DNA from: Patescibacteria group bacterium
GTDB lineage: Bacteria; Patescibacteriota; Patescibacteriia; UBA1558; GWA2-36-10
DNA length: 64,000 nucleotides
Assembly: GCA_041665505.1 (NCBI GenBank)
Contig: JBAYIR010000006.1
Location: forward strand, 1,707 to 65,706
Direction of reading: 5' to 3'
Position numbers and translations under genes: made by a program. The notes below the pieces were generated by a model that worked only from the letters and a program-made list of their open reading frames with translations, was not told where the DNA came from and did no database searches. Below are positions 43,461-53,457 of the stretch, one piece after another. Positions within the stretch are counted from its first letter, which is position 1. Each line of letters starts with the position of its first letter.

Positions 43461-45140
43461 ATGTTAATTCTCATTATATTTGCTTTTTTCGGTGGCCTGA
43501 TAACAATTTTATCACCATGTATTTTACCAATCTTGCCAATCATACTGGCTGGGTCAGTCGGTAGTGGCAGGCGGAAGCCTTTTGGCATTGTTAGTGGTTT
43601 TATTTTGAGTTTTACATTTTTTACTCTTTTTTTGACCGCTATAGTACAGGCTACTGGTATTTCAGCTGATAGCTTGCGTTATATTTCTATATTTATTTTG
43701 ATTATTTTTGGTCTTACCTTGGTCTTACCAAGTATTCAAGCTCGTTTTGAACAATTGATCAGTAAATTTTCACTTAAGCCAAAATCTCAAGGAGAACACC
43801 ATGGTTTTGGTGGCGGTATGATTATTGGCTTTAGCCTTGGTTTATTATGGACGCCTTGTGTTGGTCCAATATTAGCTTCAGTTATATCTTTAGCCTTGAC
43901 CGGCACTGTTACTGGTAGTGCCTTTATTATTACTTTTGCCTACTCTTTAGGTACAGCTTTGCCTATGCTAAGTATAATCTATGGCGGTAGGCAATTACTT
44001 AATAAGGTGCCTTGGTTACTGCAACAAGGAGCTTTGATACAAAAGATTTTTGGTTTGATTATGATTATTATGGCTCTGCTTATTTATTTTAATATTGATC
44101 GCCAGTTTCAGAGCTATATTTTAGAAAAATTTCCTAATTATGGTTCACAATTAACTGGCTTGGAGGACAATGATATGATTAAAAAAGAATTGAATAATTT
44201 ATCACAGCTAGACAGTCTAAATAAAGCAGATAATTTAGCTCCAGAATTAGTAGTTGGTGGTCAATGGTTAAATTCTCAAGCCTTGAGTTTAGCGGAGCTA
44301 AAGGGCAAGGTAGTTTTGTTAGATTTTATGACTTATTCTTGTATCAATTGCATTCGTACTTTTCCTTATCTACAAGCTTGGCACGAATCTTATCAAGATA
44401 ATGGCTTGGTGGTTATTGGTTTGCATAGTCCAGAATTTGAGTTTGAAAAAAATCCAGAAAATGTAAAGAAAGCTTTAACAGAATTTGGTATAACTTTTCC
44501 AGTGATGCAGGATAATGATTTTGCTACTTGGAAAAATTACAATAATAAATATTGGCCACATACTTTTTTGATAGATTATAATGGTCAGATAGTCTATGAT
44601 CATATTGGGGAGGGAAATTATGATGTGACTGAAGCTAAGATCAAAGAGTTATTAGAGCAGAGACAAGAGGCCTTGGGTGAAGTAAATAGTATTGAAAAAA
44701 AATTAGTCATGCCTACTGATCAGTTAAATACTTTACCCCAAAGTCCAGAAACTTATTTTGGTTCTAGTCGCAACAATCTACTGGCTAATGGCAAATCTTT
44801 AACAGAGGGTATTATGGACTTTGAAATGCCTAGCGATATAAAAACTAATCGTTTATATTTAGTTGGTAAATGGCGCATCTATCCAGAATATGCAGAAAAC
44901 ATAGATAACGATGCTAAAATTATATTTTCTTATTCAGCTAAAAAGGTTTTTTTGGTAGCTGGTGCTGACCAAGCTGTGGATTTGAAGATCAAACAAGATG
45001 GTCAAGATATAGCTGATCATATTAAAGTATCTGATGAACAGCTCTATACATTGATTCAAAATAGCGCACCTGGCAATCATACTATAGAGATTATTCCTCA
45101 GTCAGCTGGTTTTAGGGCTTTTACCTTTACTTTTGAATAA
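43461..45140 (+). CDS. DsbD/CcdA-family transmembrane reductant transporter fused to a thioredoxin-like domain (DipZ-like)
   Basis: N-terminal 'LSPCILP' and 'WTPCVGP' CcdA cysteines in a polytopic domain. C-terminal redoxin 'MTYSCINCIRTFP'. Confidence 0.7.
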   Translation: MLILIIFAFFGGLITILSPCILPILPIILAGSVGSGRRKPFGIVSGFILSFTFFTLFLTAIVQATGISADSLRYISIFILIIFGLTLVLPSIQARFEQLISKFSLKPKSQGEHHGFGGGMIIGFSLGLLWTPCVGPILASVISLALTGTVTGSAFIITFAYSLGTALPMLSIIYGGRQLLNKVPWLLQQGALIQKIFGLIMIIMALLIYFNIDRQFQSYILEKFPNYGSQLTGLEDNDMIKKELNNLSQLDSLNKADNLAPELVVGGQWLNSQALSLAELKGKVVLLDFMTYSCINCIRTFPYLQAWHESYQDNGLVVIGLHSPEFEFEKNPENVKKALTEFGITFPVMQDNDFATWKNYNNKYWPHTFLIDYNGQIVYDHIGEGNYDVTEAKIKELLEQRQEALGEVNSIEKKLVMPTDQLNTLPQSPETYFGSSRNNLLANGKSLTEGIMDFEMPSDIKTNRLYLVGKWRIYPEYAENIDNDAKIIFSYSAKKVFLVAGADQAVDLKIKQDGQDIADHIKVSDEQLYTLIQNSAPGNHTIEIIPQSAGFRAFTFTFE

Positions 45141-45214
45141 ATAATTTATTGGGTTAATTTCGGGATACTATATTGCAATTTACCCCAATCTAGGGTTCAG
45201 AATTCATCCCACAG

Positions 45215-45262
45215 TGGATCCCATCAAAAAAGCACTTAATAATTTAAGTGCTTTTTTGTTTT
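45215..45262 (+). repeat. terminator-module repeat, copy A (CCCATCAAAAAAG-hairpin-TTTTTTGTTTT)
   Basis: GCACTTAA-taat-TTAAGTGC hairpin plus a T-tract. The 5' context matches that at 45984 and 46938. Confidence 0.5.
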
Positions 45263-45275
45263 AAATAATTTTATA

Positions 45276-45737
45276 TTACATAATCATATCAGGTGGAGGT
45301 AGACCTGGATCATCTGATTCAGATGTTAAAAATTTACCTAGTTTAGTCTTACCAAATTTAGAGACTTTGATTGTTTCAACAAGACCTTGTAGAGCAAGAG
45401 CTGTGCCGCCACCAAGCCCAGCAACTCCGCCAAATACTAATGCTAATTCATTTGAAGGCGCTCCACCTAAAAGTTGTTTCATTGCATAACCGCCTCCTAA
45501 AATACCAAGAGAACCAAATATCAACATTAATTTACCTTTAATAGATTTTGCTTCTACCTCACTAAATTTTTCTGGGTCAGCTTGGTCTATTAGTGTGGTG
45601 ACTTCTTCTAGGTTATTTACAAAGGCAACTTCTTCTCTCTCAATCTCATTTTCTATTGTTTCAGTTTGATTTTCAGGATTAATAGGCATTTCTGGTGGTG
45701 GTAAATTTGGATATAATTTTTCTTCTTCAAATCCCAT
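45276..45737 (-). CDS. hypothetical protein with a Gly-zipper membrane segment
   Basis: 153 aa with an acidic N-terminus and 'GGGYAMKQLLGGAP...GGVAGLGGG'. A possible 42-aa ORF lies upstream at 45769-45894 (-). Confidence 0.4.
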   Translation of the reverse strand: MGFEEEKLYPNLPPPEMPINPENQTETIENEIEREEVAFVNNLEEVTTLIDQADPEKFSEVEAKSIKGKLMLIFGSLGILGGGYAMKQLLGGAPSNELALVFGGVAGLGGGTALALQGLVETIKVSKFGKTKLGKFLTSESDDPGLPPPDMIM

Positions 45738-45983
45738 ATTTTTATAATTTAGTTTCTAATTCACTCTTTAATTCCTTAATAATTTTATTAAGTTCTTTAA
45801 GGTAGGCCAACTTTTCTTCTTTAGAAGCAGTACCATTTTTTAATTTTTCCGCAAGTTTTATAAGATAATTGTTTGTGTCCATATTTTTTATATTTATATA
45901 CTTTTTATAGAATACCAAAAATAGCTAAATAAGTAAACATTATCTAATTCTCTAAACATCTTAGTCCCGATAGCTTTTACTAA

Positions 45984-46030
45984 GTTGCCCCATCAAAAAG
46001 TGAGCTAACATTAGCTCGTTTTTTGTTTTG
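45984..46030 (+). repeat. terminator-module repeat, copy B, followed by an extended -10 promoter (TGGTATAAT)
   Basis: 'CCCCATCAAAAAGTGAGCTAAcaTTAGCTCGTTTTTTGTTTTGTGGTATAAT'. Confidence 0.55.
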
Positions 46031-46062
46031 TGGTATAATTATTATGTTATTAAAATAAAAAT

Positions 46063-46881
46063 ATGAAAAAAACATTCTTATTTTTAGTATCAATTTTTTT
46101 ATTATTTAGTAATTATGTCTTAGCTGCACCAGCGCCACATGTTTTAGTAATTAATGACCAAACAAAACAATGCGATTCTTTTTGGGCTGGTGATGAATTT
46201 GGAGGTTATGATTTAAATAGCGGTTGGGAAGGATACATGCCGAAAGTTTATTATTACATTGATACCCCTTTTGGTACTTGTCCTATTGTAGATGGTTCGT
46301 CATACCAAGACTGTTGTAAACAATTAGGATTGAAAACTATTGATTATAAACAAATTCCTTTTTCAGGTGAGGAATTTTATCTTCCTGGTTCGGATAAATC
46401 TAAAAGGGACGATGGCCCATATAGGTGTGTAATTAGTGATTTTGTTAGATTAAGTAAGTATACTGGAATTTCTGTAAATCAATCTACAAGAGAATGTACC
46501 GCTGAACTTAACTATTATTTTGTAAAAAAAACTAAAGATGGGGAAGTGCGTAAAAACGGCGCTTCGTATGAGTGTTTAGCTAATGTTAGAGATTGGCATA
46601 TATATCGTGTTAACAATGATTTAACTAAGAGAGTTTATGAAACTCCTTACGGTAATTGTGAGTTGACGGACACAATTAGAGATCAAAATTGTTGTGAAAA
46701 ATTTAGTTTGACTTGGGCTAGCGGCGCTTCATTCGGTGCATACCACAAGGCGCCCCTAAGTTTTTTACTTGATAATAATATTATTCAATTTTTGTATTAT
46801 TTTTTGCCACTTCTTTTTATATTAATAGTTATTTTTATTGTAATTGTTATTAGAAAAAAACGTTCTAATAAAAAATTATAA
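46063..46881 (+). CDS. secreted Cys-rich protein with a C-terminal TM anchor
   Basis: Signal peptide, about 14 Cys, and a C-terminal 'FLYYFLPLLFILIVIFIVIVIRKKR'. Confidence 0.5.
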   Translation: MKKTFLFLVSIFLLFSNYVLAAPAPHVLVINDQTKQCDSFWAGDEFGGYDLNSGWEGYMPKVYYYIDTPFGTCPIVDGSSYQDCCKQLGLKTIDYKQIPFSGEEFYLPGSDKSKRDDGPYRCVISDFVRLSKYTGISVNQSTRECTAELNYYFVKKTKDGEVRKNGASYECLANVRDWHIYRVNNDLTKRVYETPYGNCELTDTIRDQNCCEKFSLTWASGASFGAYHKAPLSFLLDNNIIQFLYYFLPLLFILIVIFIVIVIRKKRSNKKL

Positions 46882-46937
46882 GTATCACAATTTAATACTA
46901 TCCCAATCAAAAGTTATAAAAGTATTCCATAGAGGAC

Positions 46938-46985
46938 CCCATCAAAAAGTGAGCTAATCCTAGCTCGTTTTTTGTTTGCTATAAA
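46938..46985 (+). repeat. terminator-module repeat, copy C, followed by an extended -10 promoter (TGGTATAAT)
   Basis: About 50 bp nearly identical to copy B. Confidence 0.55.
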
Positions 46986-47025
46986 ATAGTGGTATAATAA
47001 ATATATTAAAAATTTAATTTAAATT

Positions 47026-47928
47026 ATGAAACTATTTAAAAACCAAAAGGGATTCAATGACACTATAGTAGTAGCCATACTAGGAGGTATAATAGGGGCT
47101 ATATTTATTACAGGAGTTTTTGTTTGGCAGGAAATAGATAAACAAAAAGAACTAAATAGTTTAATAAAACAAATTGTCCATGTCTCTAATTCCAATGAGA
47201 CGTCTATTGTACAGGGGAATGATGGTACTTTAGAGGAAGAAAGTTTAAAACCAGAGGAAGTTTTTGGGGAGATGATGATTGCTGCTAAAAATGTTGATGT
47301 TGATAAATATTTTTCTTATGTATATTCATCAGCCAGTTTTTTAAAAGCAGCAAAAGAAATGGCGGCATTATATCCTGATATTAAAGAACTTAGTTTAGAA
47401 AATACACTGGTAAGTCAATTCAATAATTTAGAATACACTATAGATAATGTTGAAATAAAAGATGATATAGCAGTATTAAAAGTTAATATCGTTAAAAATA
47501 ATCGTCAAAAAAAGCCTCAGTATTTTAATTTAATAAAAGATAAGGGGGAGTGGAAAATTAATAGCTATGGATGGATGCATCCGGCTGATGGGATAGTGGA
47601 AAATTTGGATGCTTGTAGGGAAATTTGTGACAGTAGCCCAATGTTTGTTGAGAATACCAATGAATGTTTTTGTTTTAGAGAAAAGCCATCGGTGGTAGAT
47701 TTATCTTATTTAGAAGTTGAAAGATGTGAAAATCAGGAAATTCCGTTTAGAAGTACTTGCTACATATCCTACGCAAAAGAAACTTTAAATGAAGAGTATT
47801 GCAAAAAAACTAGTCTGATGAATATGAATGATTGTTTTAGTACATTAGCACTTATTAAAGATGATGATGCCATATGTGATTATTTATTGGATGATGAACA
47901 GTGCTTAAATGGCGTGGCAAATAATTAG
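47026..47928 (+). CDS. membrane-anchored Cys-rich protein, paralogue family member 1
   Basis: N-terminus 'MKLFKNQKGFNDTIVVAILGGIIGAIF' is shared with 48371. The C-terminus is Cys-rich. Confidence 0.5.
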   Translation: MKLFKNQKGFNDTIVVAILGGIIGAIFITGVFVWQEIDKQKELNSLIKQIVHVSNSNETSIVQGNDGTLEEESLKPEEVFGEMMIAAKNVDVDKYFSYVYSSASFLKAAKEMAALYPDIKELSLENTLVSQFNNLEYTIDNVEIKDDIAVLKVNIVKNNRQKKPQYFNLIKDKGEWKINSYGWMHPADGIVENLDACREICDSSPMFVENTNECFCFREKPSVVDLSYLEVERCENQEIPFRSTCYISYAKETLNEEYCKKTSLMNMNDCFSTLALIKDDDAICDYLLDDEQCLNGVANN

Positions 47929-47978
47929 AAGACAAAATAGATTTTTTTACTTAAAGTATTAATATTAAATATAAAATT

Positions 47979-48332
47979 ATGAAAAAAATTATAGTATTAA
48001 TAGGTTTTATATTTCTATTATCAGGATGTTCTCTTCCTTTTGTCAATAATAAAAAAGAAGGAGCTTCGGTAGAGAAGTTTAGTAAATGCGTTTTAACTAG
48101 TCGTTATGCCAATAGGGCAGAAGATATTTATATTGATATAGGGGAAGACTGTAATATCTTATTAAATGAGACGGAGTGTTCACAATATTGTAAGATAAGT
48201 CAAGATTGTCAGGCAGGTAGTCCAGCTACTCATTGGGCTTTGGACAGAGAAGTGAGCAGCCCAGTTCTAGCTGTAGGCTCAGTTAAAAATATAAATGAAT
48301 GTTGGTGTAGATGTGAGGCTTTAAGGGATTAA
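47979..48332 (+). CDS. Cys-rich lipoprotein
   Basis: 'LLSGCSL' lipobox, 117 aa, 10 Cys. Confidence 0.5.
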   Translation: MKKIIVLIGFIFLLSGCSLPFVNNKKEGASVEKFSKCVLTSRYANRAEDIYIDIGEDCNILLNETECSQYCKISQDCQAGSPATHWALDREVSSPVLAVGSVKNINECWCRCEALRD

Positions 48333-48370
48333 TATTTGTATAAATATTTAATGATTATAAATTAAAAATT

Positions 48371-49096
48371 ATGTTTAAAAACCAAAAGGGATTCAATGAC
48401 ACTGTAGTAGTAGCAATACTAGGAGGAATAATTGGAAGCATATTTATTATGAGTGTCTTTGTTTGGCAGGAGGTGAAAAAGACCAATGATATGAGTTATT
48501 TTTATAATAAGGCGTCTGCTATTATCAAAAATAACAATAAAGTATTAGAAGAGTCACTTAAAGAAAATAAAAGTGATAATATAAAATTTGTCAGCAATGA
48601 GCTAGGTATTTCTTTTGAGTATCCAGATAGGTATGGTGAAGTCAAAATAAATTTTTCTGATTATGGAGATGATGCAAATGCTGCAGCTAGCGGAAAATTA
48701 TTTATGGGTACTTTTAGCAGCGAGACAGATATAGTGTTTGGGGGCACTTCATTAGATTTTCAGGCAGGTAGAGGAGGTTCTATTACAGATTCACAAGGCT
48801 ATACTTTTGAAAATGATAAATACTACAGTAGGATGCCTGGTTTAAAAAAGCGCATAATTGCTCCAATATCAACTTTAAATAATAATAGCAATATAATTTT
48901 GGTGATAAGTGATAATAGTTTTAGTGATAGTTCTGGTATAAGTGGTTGGGGTTTAGTTCCTAATACGAGAGCAGCGCTTATTAATTTTGAAAGTGACAAT
49001 GAGTATGCGGGTATGGCTATTTATAATAAAAATACAAAGAATATTAGCGAGGGTGAATTTGAAAAAATTTTAGTCTCTTTTGATTTCTTAGATTAG
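48371..49096 (+). CDS. membrane-anchored protein, paralogue family member 2
   Basis: N-terminal ~37 aa are about 85% identical at DNA level to 47029-47140. Confidence 0.5.
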   Translation: MFKNQKGFNDTVVVAILGGIIGSIFIMSVFVWQEVKKTNDMSYFYNKASAIIKNNNKVLEESLKENKSDNIKFVSNELGISFEYPDRYGEVKINFSDYGDDANAAASGKLFMGTFSSETDIVFGGTSLDFQAGRGGSITDSQGYTFENDKYYSRMPGLKKRIIAPISTLNNNSNIILVISDNSFSDSSGISGWGLVPNTRAALINFESDNEYAGMAIYNKNTKNISEGEFEKILVSFDFLD

Positions 49097-49258
49097 TTTG
49101 ACTCAAAGGTGAAAGTATTAAATACTAAAAGTGGCATTTCAGATGCTTGGAATGTCACTTTACGAAATGTCGCCCCACAAAACAGTCTTCCTCTGGGAGG
49201 GTGTTTTTGTTTATGGTTTTTTGATATAATAAACTTAATATCATTTAAATTAAAAAAT

Positions 49259-49882
49259 ATGGATGTAAAAAATAGTCCGGCAACACATTTTATTGTTAGT
49301 TTTTTTTCATTACTCTTGGTGCTTATTATGCATTTTTTGTTTAATATAGAATGGACAACATCTTTTGCTCGTACAGCCTTTATTCTCTTATTTCTCATTC
49401 TCATTATCGGACCTTTAGTTAGAATAAAAGTTCCCAGCAAAAAAATGTCCCCTATGATGAATCCATGGAGCTGGCGGGGTGAATTGGGTATTTGGTTTAG
49501 CATTATGGCTCTAGCTCACTTTACATTACTACTTATTGAGCAACCACTTACACAACTAATAAAAATTGGTGGATCTGGATATAGCCTGGCAAATTTTATT
49601 GGATTAATTGCCCTGATTATATCAATAATATTATCCTTTGCTTCTTTTGGAAAAGTAATTAAATTTTTAGGCGTCATATCATGGAAATTATTACATACTC
49701 TGACTTATGTAGTTTTTTATTTAGTAGCTTCTCATTTGATTTATTTTCAATTTTTCTCAAGCTACGGAGAGGTAGGCCCTGATTGGTTTGGGTGGACATC
49801 GGTTGTTGCTATGAGCTTAGTCGTTATATTACAGATAATAGCTTTTGTTAAAATAGTTAACCAACAAAATAGAATCCGATAA
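49259..49882 (+). CDS. polytopic membrane protein
   Basis: About 6 TM helices. An internal ATG at 49259 is preferred over the overlapping track start at 49109. Confidence 0.45.
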   Translation: MDVKNSPATHFIVSFFSLLLVLIMHFLFNIEWTTSFARTAFILLFLILIIGPLVRIKVPSKKMSPMMNPWSWRGELGIWFSIMALAHFTLLLIEQPLTQLIKIGGSGYSLANFIGLIALIISIILSFASFGKVIKFLGVISWKLLHTLTYVVFYLVASHLIYFQFFSSYGEVGPDWFGWTSVVAMSLVVILQIIAFVKIVNQQNRIR

Positions 49883-49906
49883 CATAATTTATATTAACAA
49901 AATCAT

Positions 49907-50536
49907 ATGAACACCAATCCAAGGGCAAAAACAGTAATATGCTATGGCGACTCAAATACTTGGGGAGCTAATCCTTTTAAAGATGAACGTCTACCGGCTA
50001 ATGTGCGTTGGACAGGGGTACTTCAAGATATTTTGGGTAAAGAATATGAAGTTATTAGTGAAGGTTTATTTGGTAGAACTTTCATAGCCGAAGATCCAAA
50101 TAAACCATATAAGTGTGGAATAACACACCTTAAATCGATACTAGCTACTAATAAACCAATAGATATTATTATCGTAATGCTGGGCACTAATGATCTCAAA
50201 AATACTTATGGTTTATCAGTTGCAGATATAGCTAATCATCTTAAACAAACTATTGAATTTATAAAAAAAGAGTTAGAAGGAGATGACTCTCAGATTTTAG
50301 TTATTTGTCCGCCACCAGTTGTAAATCCATCAAGCAAAGAGCTTGATAAGCGCTTAGTGGATGCACCTAAAAATTCACTCTTATTACCACCTCTGTATGA
50401 GAAGGTAGCAAAAGACTTAGGATGTTTATATTTAGATGCTGGGAAATTTATTAATTTGGAGAATACAGATGGTTATCATATGGCGTCAGAACATCATAAA
50501 ATATTAGGCGAGAAAGTAGCCAGTGTAATAAAATAA
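49907..50536 (+). CDS. SGNH/GDSL hydrolase (arylesterase-like)
   Basis: 'ICYGDSNTWG' block I, 'MLGTNDL' block III, and a C-terminal 'DGYHM' His. Confidence 0.7.
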   Translation: MNTNPRAKTVICYGDSNTWGANPFKDERLPANVRWTGVLQDILGKEYEVISEGLFGRTFIAEDPNKPYKCGITHLKSILATNKPIDIIIVMLGTNDLKNTYGLSVADIANHLKQTIEFIKKELEGDDSQILVICPPPVVNPSSKELDKRLVDAPKNSLLLPPLYEKVAKDLGCLYLDAGKFINLENTDGYHMASEHHKILGEKVASVIK

Positions 50537-50546
50537 TAGTTAATTT

Positions 50547-51296
50547 ATGAAAGCAGAAGAAATAAAAAAGGTAGTCAAAGACAGTTACGGCCAATTAGCT
50601 CAGCAGTCTTCGGGTTGTGGTTGTAAGTGCAGTTGTGGCTCAGATACCAGCCAAGTAATTTCCAAAAGTATTGGCTATTCTGACGAAGAGATGAGTGCTG
50701 TGCCAGAAGCTAATATGGGGCTTGGTTGTGGTAACCCTATTGCTATTAGTAAAATTAAAAGCGGTAACATAGTCTTAGATTTAGGTAGTGGAGCAGGCTT
50801 TGATGCTTTTTTGGCAGCCAAAAAAGTTGGTGAGACTGGGAAAGTTATTGGCGTAGATATGACTCAAGAGATGATTGTCAAAGCTACTATTTTAGCTAAT
50901 AAATACAAATATTATAATGTGGAATTCAAATTGGGAGAAATTGAAAATTTGCCGATAGATGATAATTCTATTGATATTATAATTAGCAACTGCGTAATTA
51001 ATTTAGCGCCGGATAAATTGAAAGTTTTTAAAGAAGCTTATAGGGTATTAAAACAGGGTGGCCGGATGTATATTTCCGATATTGTCTTATTAGAAAGCTT
51101 ATCAGAGGAGCAAAGAAATGATGAAAATTTAATAGCTGGTTGTGTGGGCGGGGCTATTTTAAAAGATGATTATATCAAAATAGTAGAGCAGTCTGGTTTG
51201 CAAGTAAATATTTTGGGAGAGAATAAAGAGATTAGTAAAGTTCAATACCAAGGCTTGCCACTGGAAAGTTTATCTTTGGAAATCATTAAAAAATAA
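50547..51296 (+). CDS. class I SAM-dependent methyltransferase, ArsM-like (arsenite methyltransferase family)
   Basis: N-terminal Cys cluster 'GCGCKCSCG', 'VLDLGSGAGFD' motif I, and 'CVIN' near the ArsM conserved Cys. Confidence 0.55.
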   Translation: MKAEEIKKVVKDSYGQLAQQSSGCGCKCSCGSDTSQVISKSIGYSDEEMSAVPEANMGLGCGNPIAISKIKSGNIVLDLGSGAGFDAFLAAKKVGETGKVIGVDMTQEMIVKATILANKYKYYNVEFKLGEIENLPIDDNSIDIIISNCVINLAPDKLKVFKEAYRVLKQGGRMYISDIVLLESLSEEQRNDENLIAGCVGGAILKDDYIKIVEQSGLQVNILGENKEISKVQYQGLPLESLSLEIIKK

Positions 51297-51399
51297 TTTT
51301 AATATTCTCAATAAAAATAGTTTTATAATTTATAAAGCTATTTTTTTGTTACCTTTTTCCTTTTTATCCGTTATAATATAGTGAGAGAAACAAAAATCC

Positions 51400-51960
51400 A
51401 TGGAAAATAATGAATTAGCGTTAATTTATGCCTGCCAGCGTGGAGAGGCTGAGGCTTTTGGTCAAGTTTATGAGAAGTATTTTAAAAAAATATATAGTTT
51501 TGTTTACTATCGAACTAGTCACAAAGAAAGCACCGAAGATTTAGTTTCCTTAATTTTTAGCAAAGCTTTAGAAAATATCAACAAATTTCAAAGTAGTAAA
51601 GGGAGCTTTTCTTCTTGGTTATATAAGATAGCTAGAAATACAGTGATTGATTATTACAGGGGACATAAAAATATTCAAAATCTGGATGATATAGAAGATC
51701 TTTCTGACTTCAGTGATATCTCAGATAATATGGATAGAAAAAAAGCTTTATCAGATATCCAAAACAAGCTCGCTCAGTTAAGTTCTAATCAAAGGGAAAT
51801 AGTAATTATGCGTGTGTGGGAAGATTTATCTTATAAGGAGATTGCAGAAATAGTTGGTAAATCAGAAGCTAATTGCAAAATGATTTTTTCTCGGGGTATT
51901 AAAGAGCTTAGATTGTCTCTAGCTAGCCTAATTTATTTAGTGATGATGTTAATAGATTAA
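51400..51960 (+). CDS. ECF-type RNA polymerase sigma factor
   Basis: Region 2 'FSFVYYRT...DLVSLIF' and a region 4 HTH 'LSYKEIAEIVGKSEANCKMIFSRG'. Confidence 0.7.
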   Translation: MENNELALIYACQRGEAEAFGQVYEKYFKKIYSFVYYRTSHKESTEDLVSLIFSKALENINKFQSSKGSFSSWLYKIARNTVIDYYRGHKNIQNLDDIEDLSDFSDISDNMDRKKALSDIQNKLAQLSSNQREIVIMRVWEDLSYKEIAEIVGKSEANCKMIFSRGIKELRLSLASLIYLVMMLID

Positions 51961-51964
51961 ATAT

Positions 51965-53380
51965 ATGGATAAAAATATAAAAAAAATTTTAGAAGACTTG
52001 TATTCTCTTGATCAAAGTTTAAAAAAGCACGAAAATGAGTTGTTAAAACTCATTGAGGAGTTGATAGCCTCTAAGCCAAAAATAAAGTTTGATGAAAACT
52101 TTAAAAAGGAGCTTTATTTGGAGCTTTTAGAAAAACTAGATCAATTAGAAAATAAAAAAAATAATTTTAATTTTATGAAAAAACTAAATTATGCTTTCGG
52201 AGCTTTAGGAGTTTTACTTTTAATACTCATACCTACATTATTAAAAAATAAACAGCCTATAGCTAATAATATAAATGTTAATAGACCAGATGATTTTAAG
52301 GTACAAATAGCTAAGTTGGACAAAAATGCTTTTGGACCACTCCTAGCTAATAACATAGAACCACAAAGAGAAGCTGTAGCTGGTTTTGGTGGGGGAGGAG
52401 GAGTGGCTATGGACAGCCCCAAAATGGCAGCTGGCTCGGATATGATCTGGCCAGGGCCAATGGCTTATAAATATGTTTATGTCGGAGAAGATTTCTCAGT
52501 TGATGGCTTGGATATGGCAGTTCTTAAAAAAATAAATGGCTTAGCCTCTCAATCACAAGGGGCACAAATTTTACAGAATTTGAATTTTGATAATATAAAT
52601 TTGCAGTCTTTAGATAATGCCAAACTGAGGAATTTTACAGTGTATGAAGATAAGGATTTTGGCTACTCAGTCAATGTAGATTTTTATGAAGGGATGATTT
52701 CTATCAATGAAAATTGGGAGCGTTGGCCAAATAATATAGAACTCTTAGAGCGAGTTATGAAAATTGATGATATGCCAGCTGACGATAAGCTCATAGCTAT
52801 GGCTGATAAATTTTTGCAGGATAGAAATATCAATGTCAGCACTTATGGCAAGCCTTTAGTTGATAATACTTGGAGATACAATTATGAGAAATATGCTGAT
52901 AGTGGAGAATTTATGGTGCCAGATATAGCTACTGTTATTTATCCTTTATTGATAGAAGGCCAAGAGGTCTATGAAGAGGGTGGTGAAATACAAGGTTTGA
53001 GAGTGTCTATCAATCTTAGACACCAGAGAGTCAGTGGTTTGTGGAATTTGACTAGCCAAAATTATCAGAGCTCTGTATATGATATGGAGACTGATGTAGC
53101 CAAGATATTGGAGCTGGCTTCTAAAGGTGGTGCTTATTATCCTTTTCCAGAAGATAGTAATACGGAGTTGATAGAAGTAAAAATAGGTACACCACATATC
53201 GCCTATACTCAGATTTGGAGTTTTGAGAATAATGTTAATAGTCAGCTTTTGGTACCAGCTCTTGTCTTCCCAGTGACAGAAATTCCAGAGCAGGCCCAAT
53301 ATTTCTATAAGAAAAATGTGGTCATTCCATTAGCTAAAGATATACTTGGTCAGAGAATGGAGATATTGATGAAGAGTTAA
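51965..53380 (+). CDS. putative anti-sigma factor (cytoplasmic N-terminus, single TM, large extracytoplasmic domain)
   Basis: 4-nt gap after the sigma gene. TM 'LNYAFGALGVLLLILIPTLL'. Confidence 0.45.
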   Translation: MDKNIKKILEDLYSLDQSLKKHENELLKLIEELIASKPKIKFDENFKKELYLELLEKLDQLENKKNNFNFMKKLNYAFGALGVLLLILIPTLLKNKQPIANNINVNRPDDFKVQIAKLDKNAFGPLLANNIEPQREAVAGFGGGGGVAMDSPKMAAGSDMIWPGPMAYKYVYVGEDFSVDGLDMAVLKKINGLASQSQGAQILQNLNFDNINLQSLDNAKLRNFTVYEDKDFGYSVNVDFYEGMISINENWERWPNNIELLERVMKIDDMPADDKLIAMADKFLQDRNINVSTYGKPLVDNTWRYNYEKYADSGEFMVPDIATVIYPLLIEGQEVYEEGGEIQGLRVSINLRHQRVSGLWNLTSQNYQSSVYDMETDVAKILELASKGGAYYPFPEDSNTELIEVKIGTPHIAYTQIWSFENNVNSQLLVPALVFPVTEIPEQAQYFYKKNVVIPLAKDILGQRMEILMKS

Positions 53381-53457
53381 AAATAACTATAGCAAAAAAT
53401 CCCCCAGCTACGTTTGACGTGGCTGGGGGATTTTTATAACTAACTTAAGTTTTAATT

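Noticed and set aside
49093-49503. 136-aa minus-strand ORF overlapping the 5' part of the 49109/49259 membrane protein gene
   Set aside because: It runs opposite to the local transcription direction and overlaps a hydrophobic-protein gene whose frame has consistent TM periodicity.
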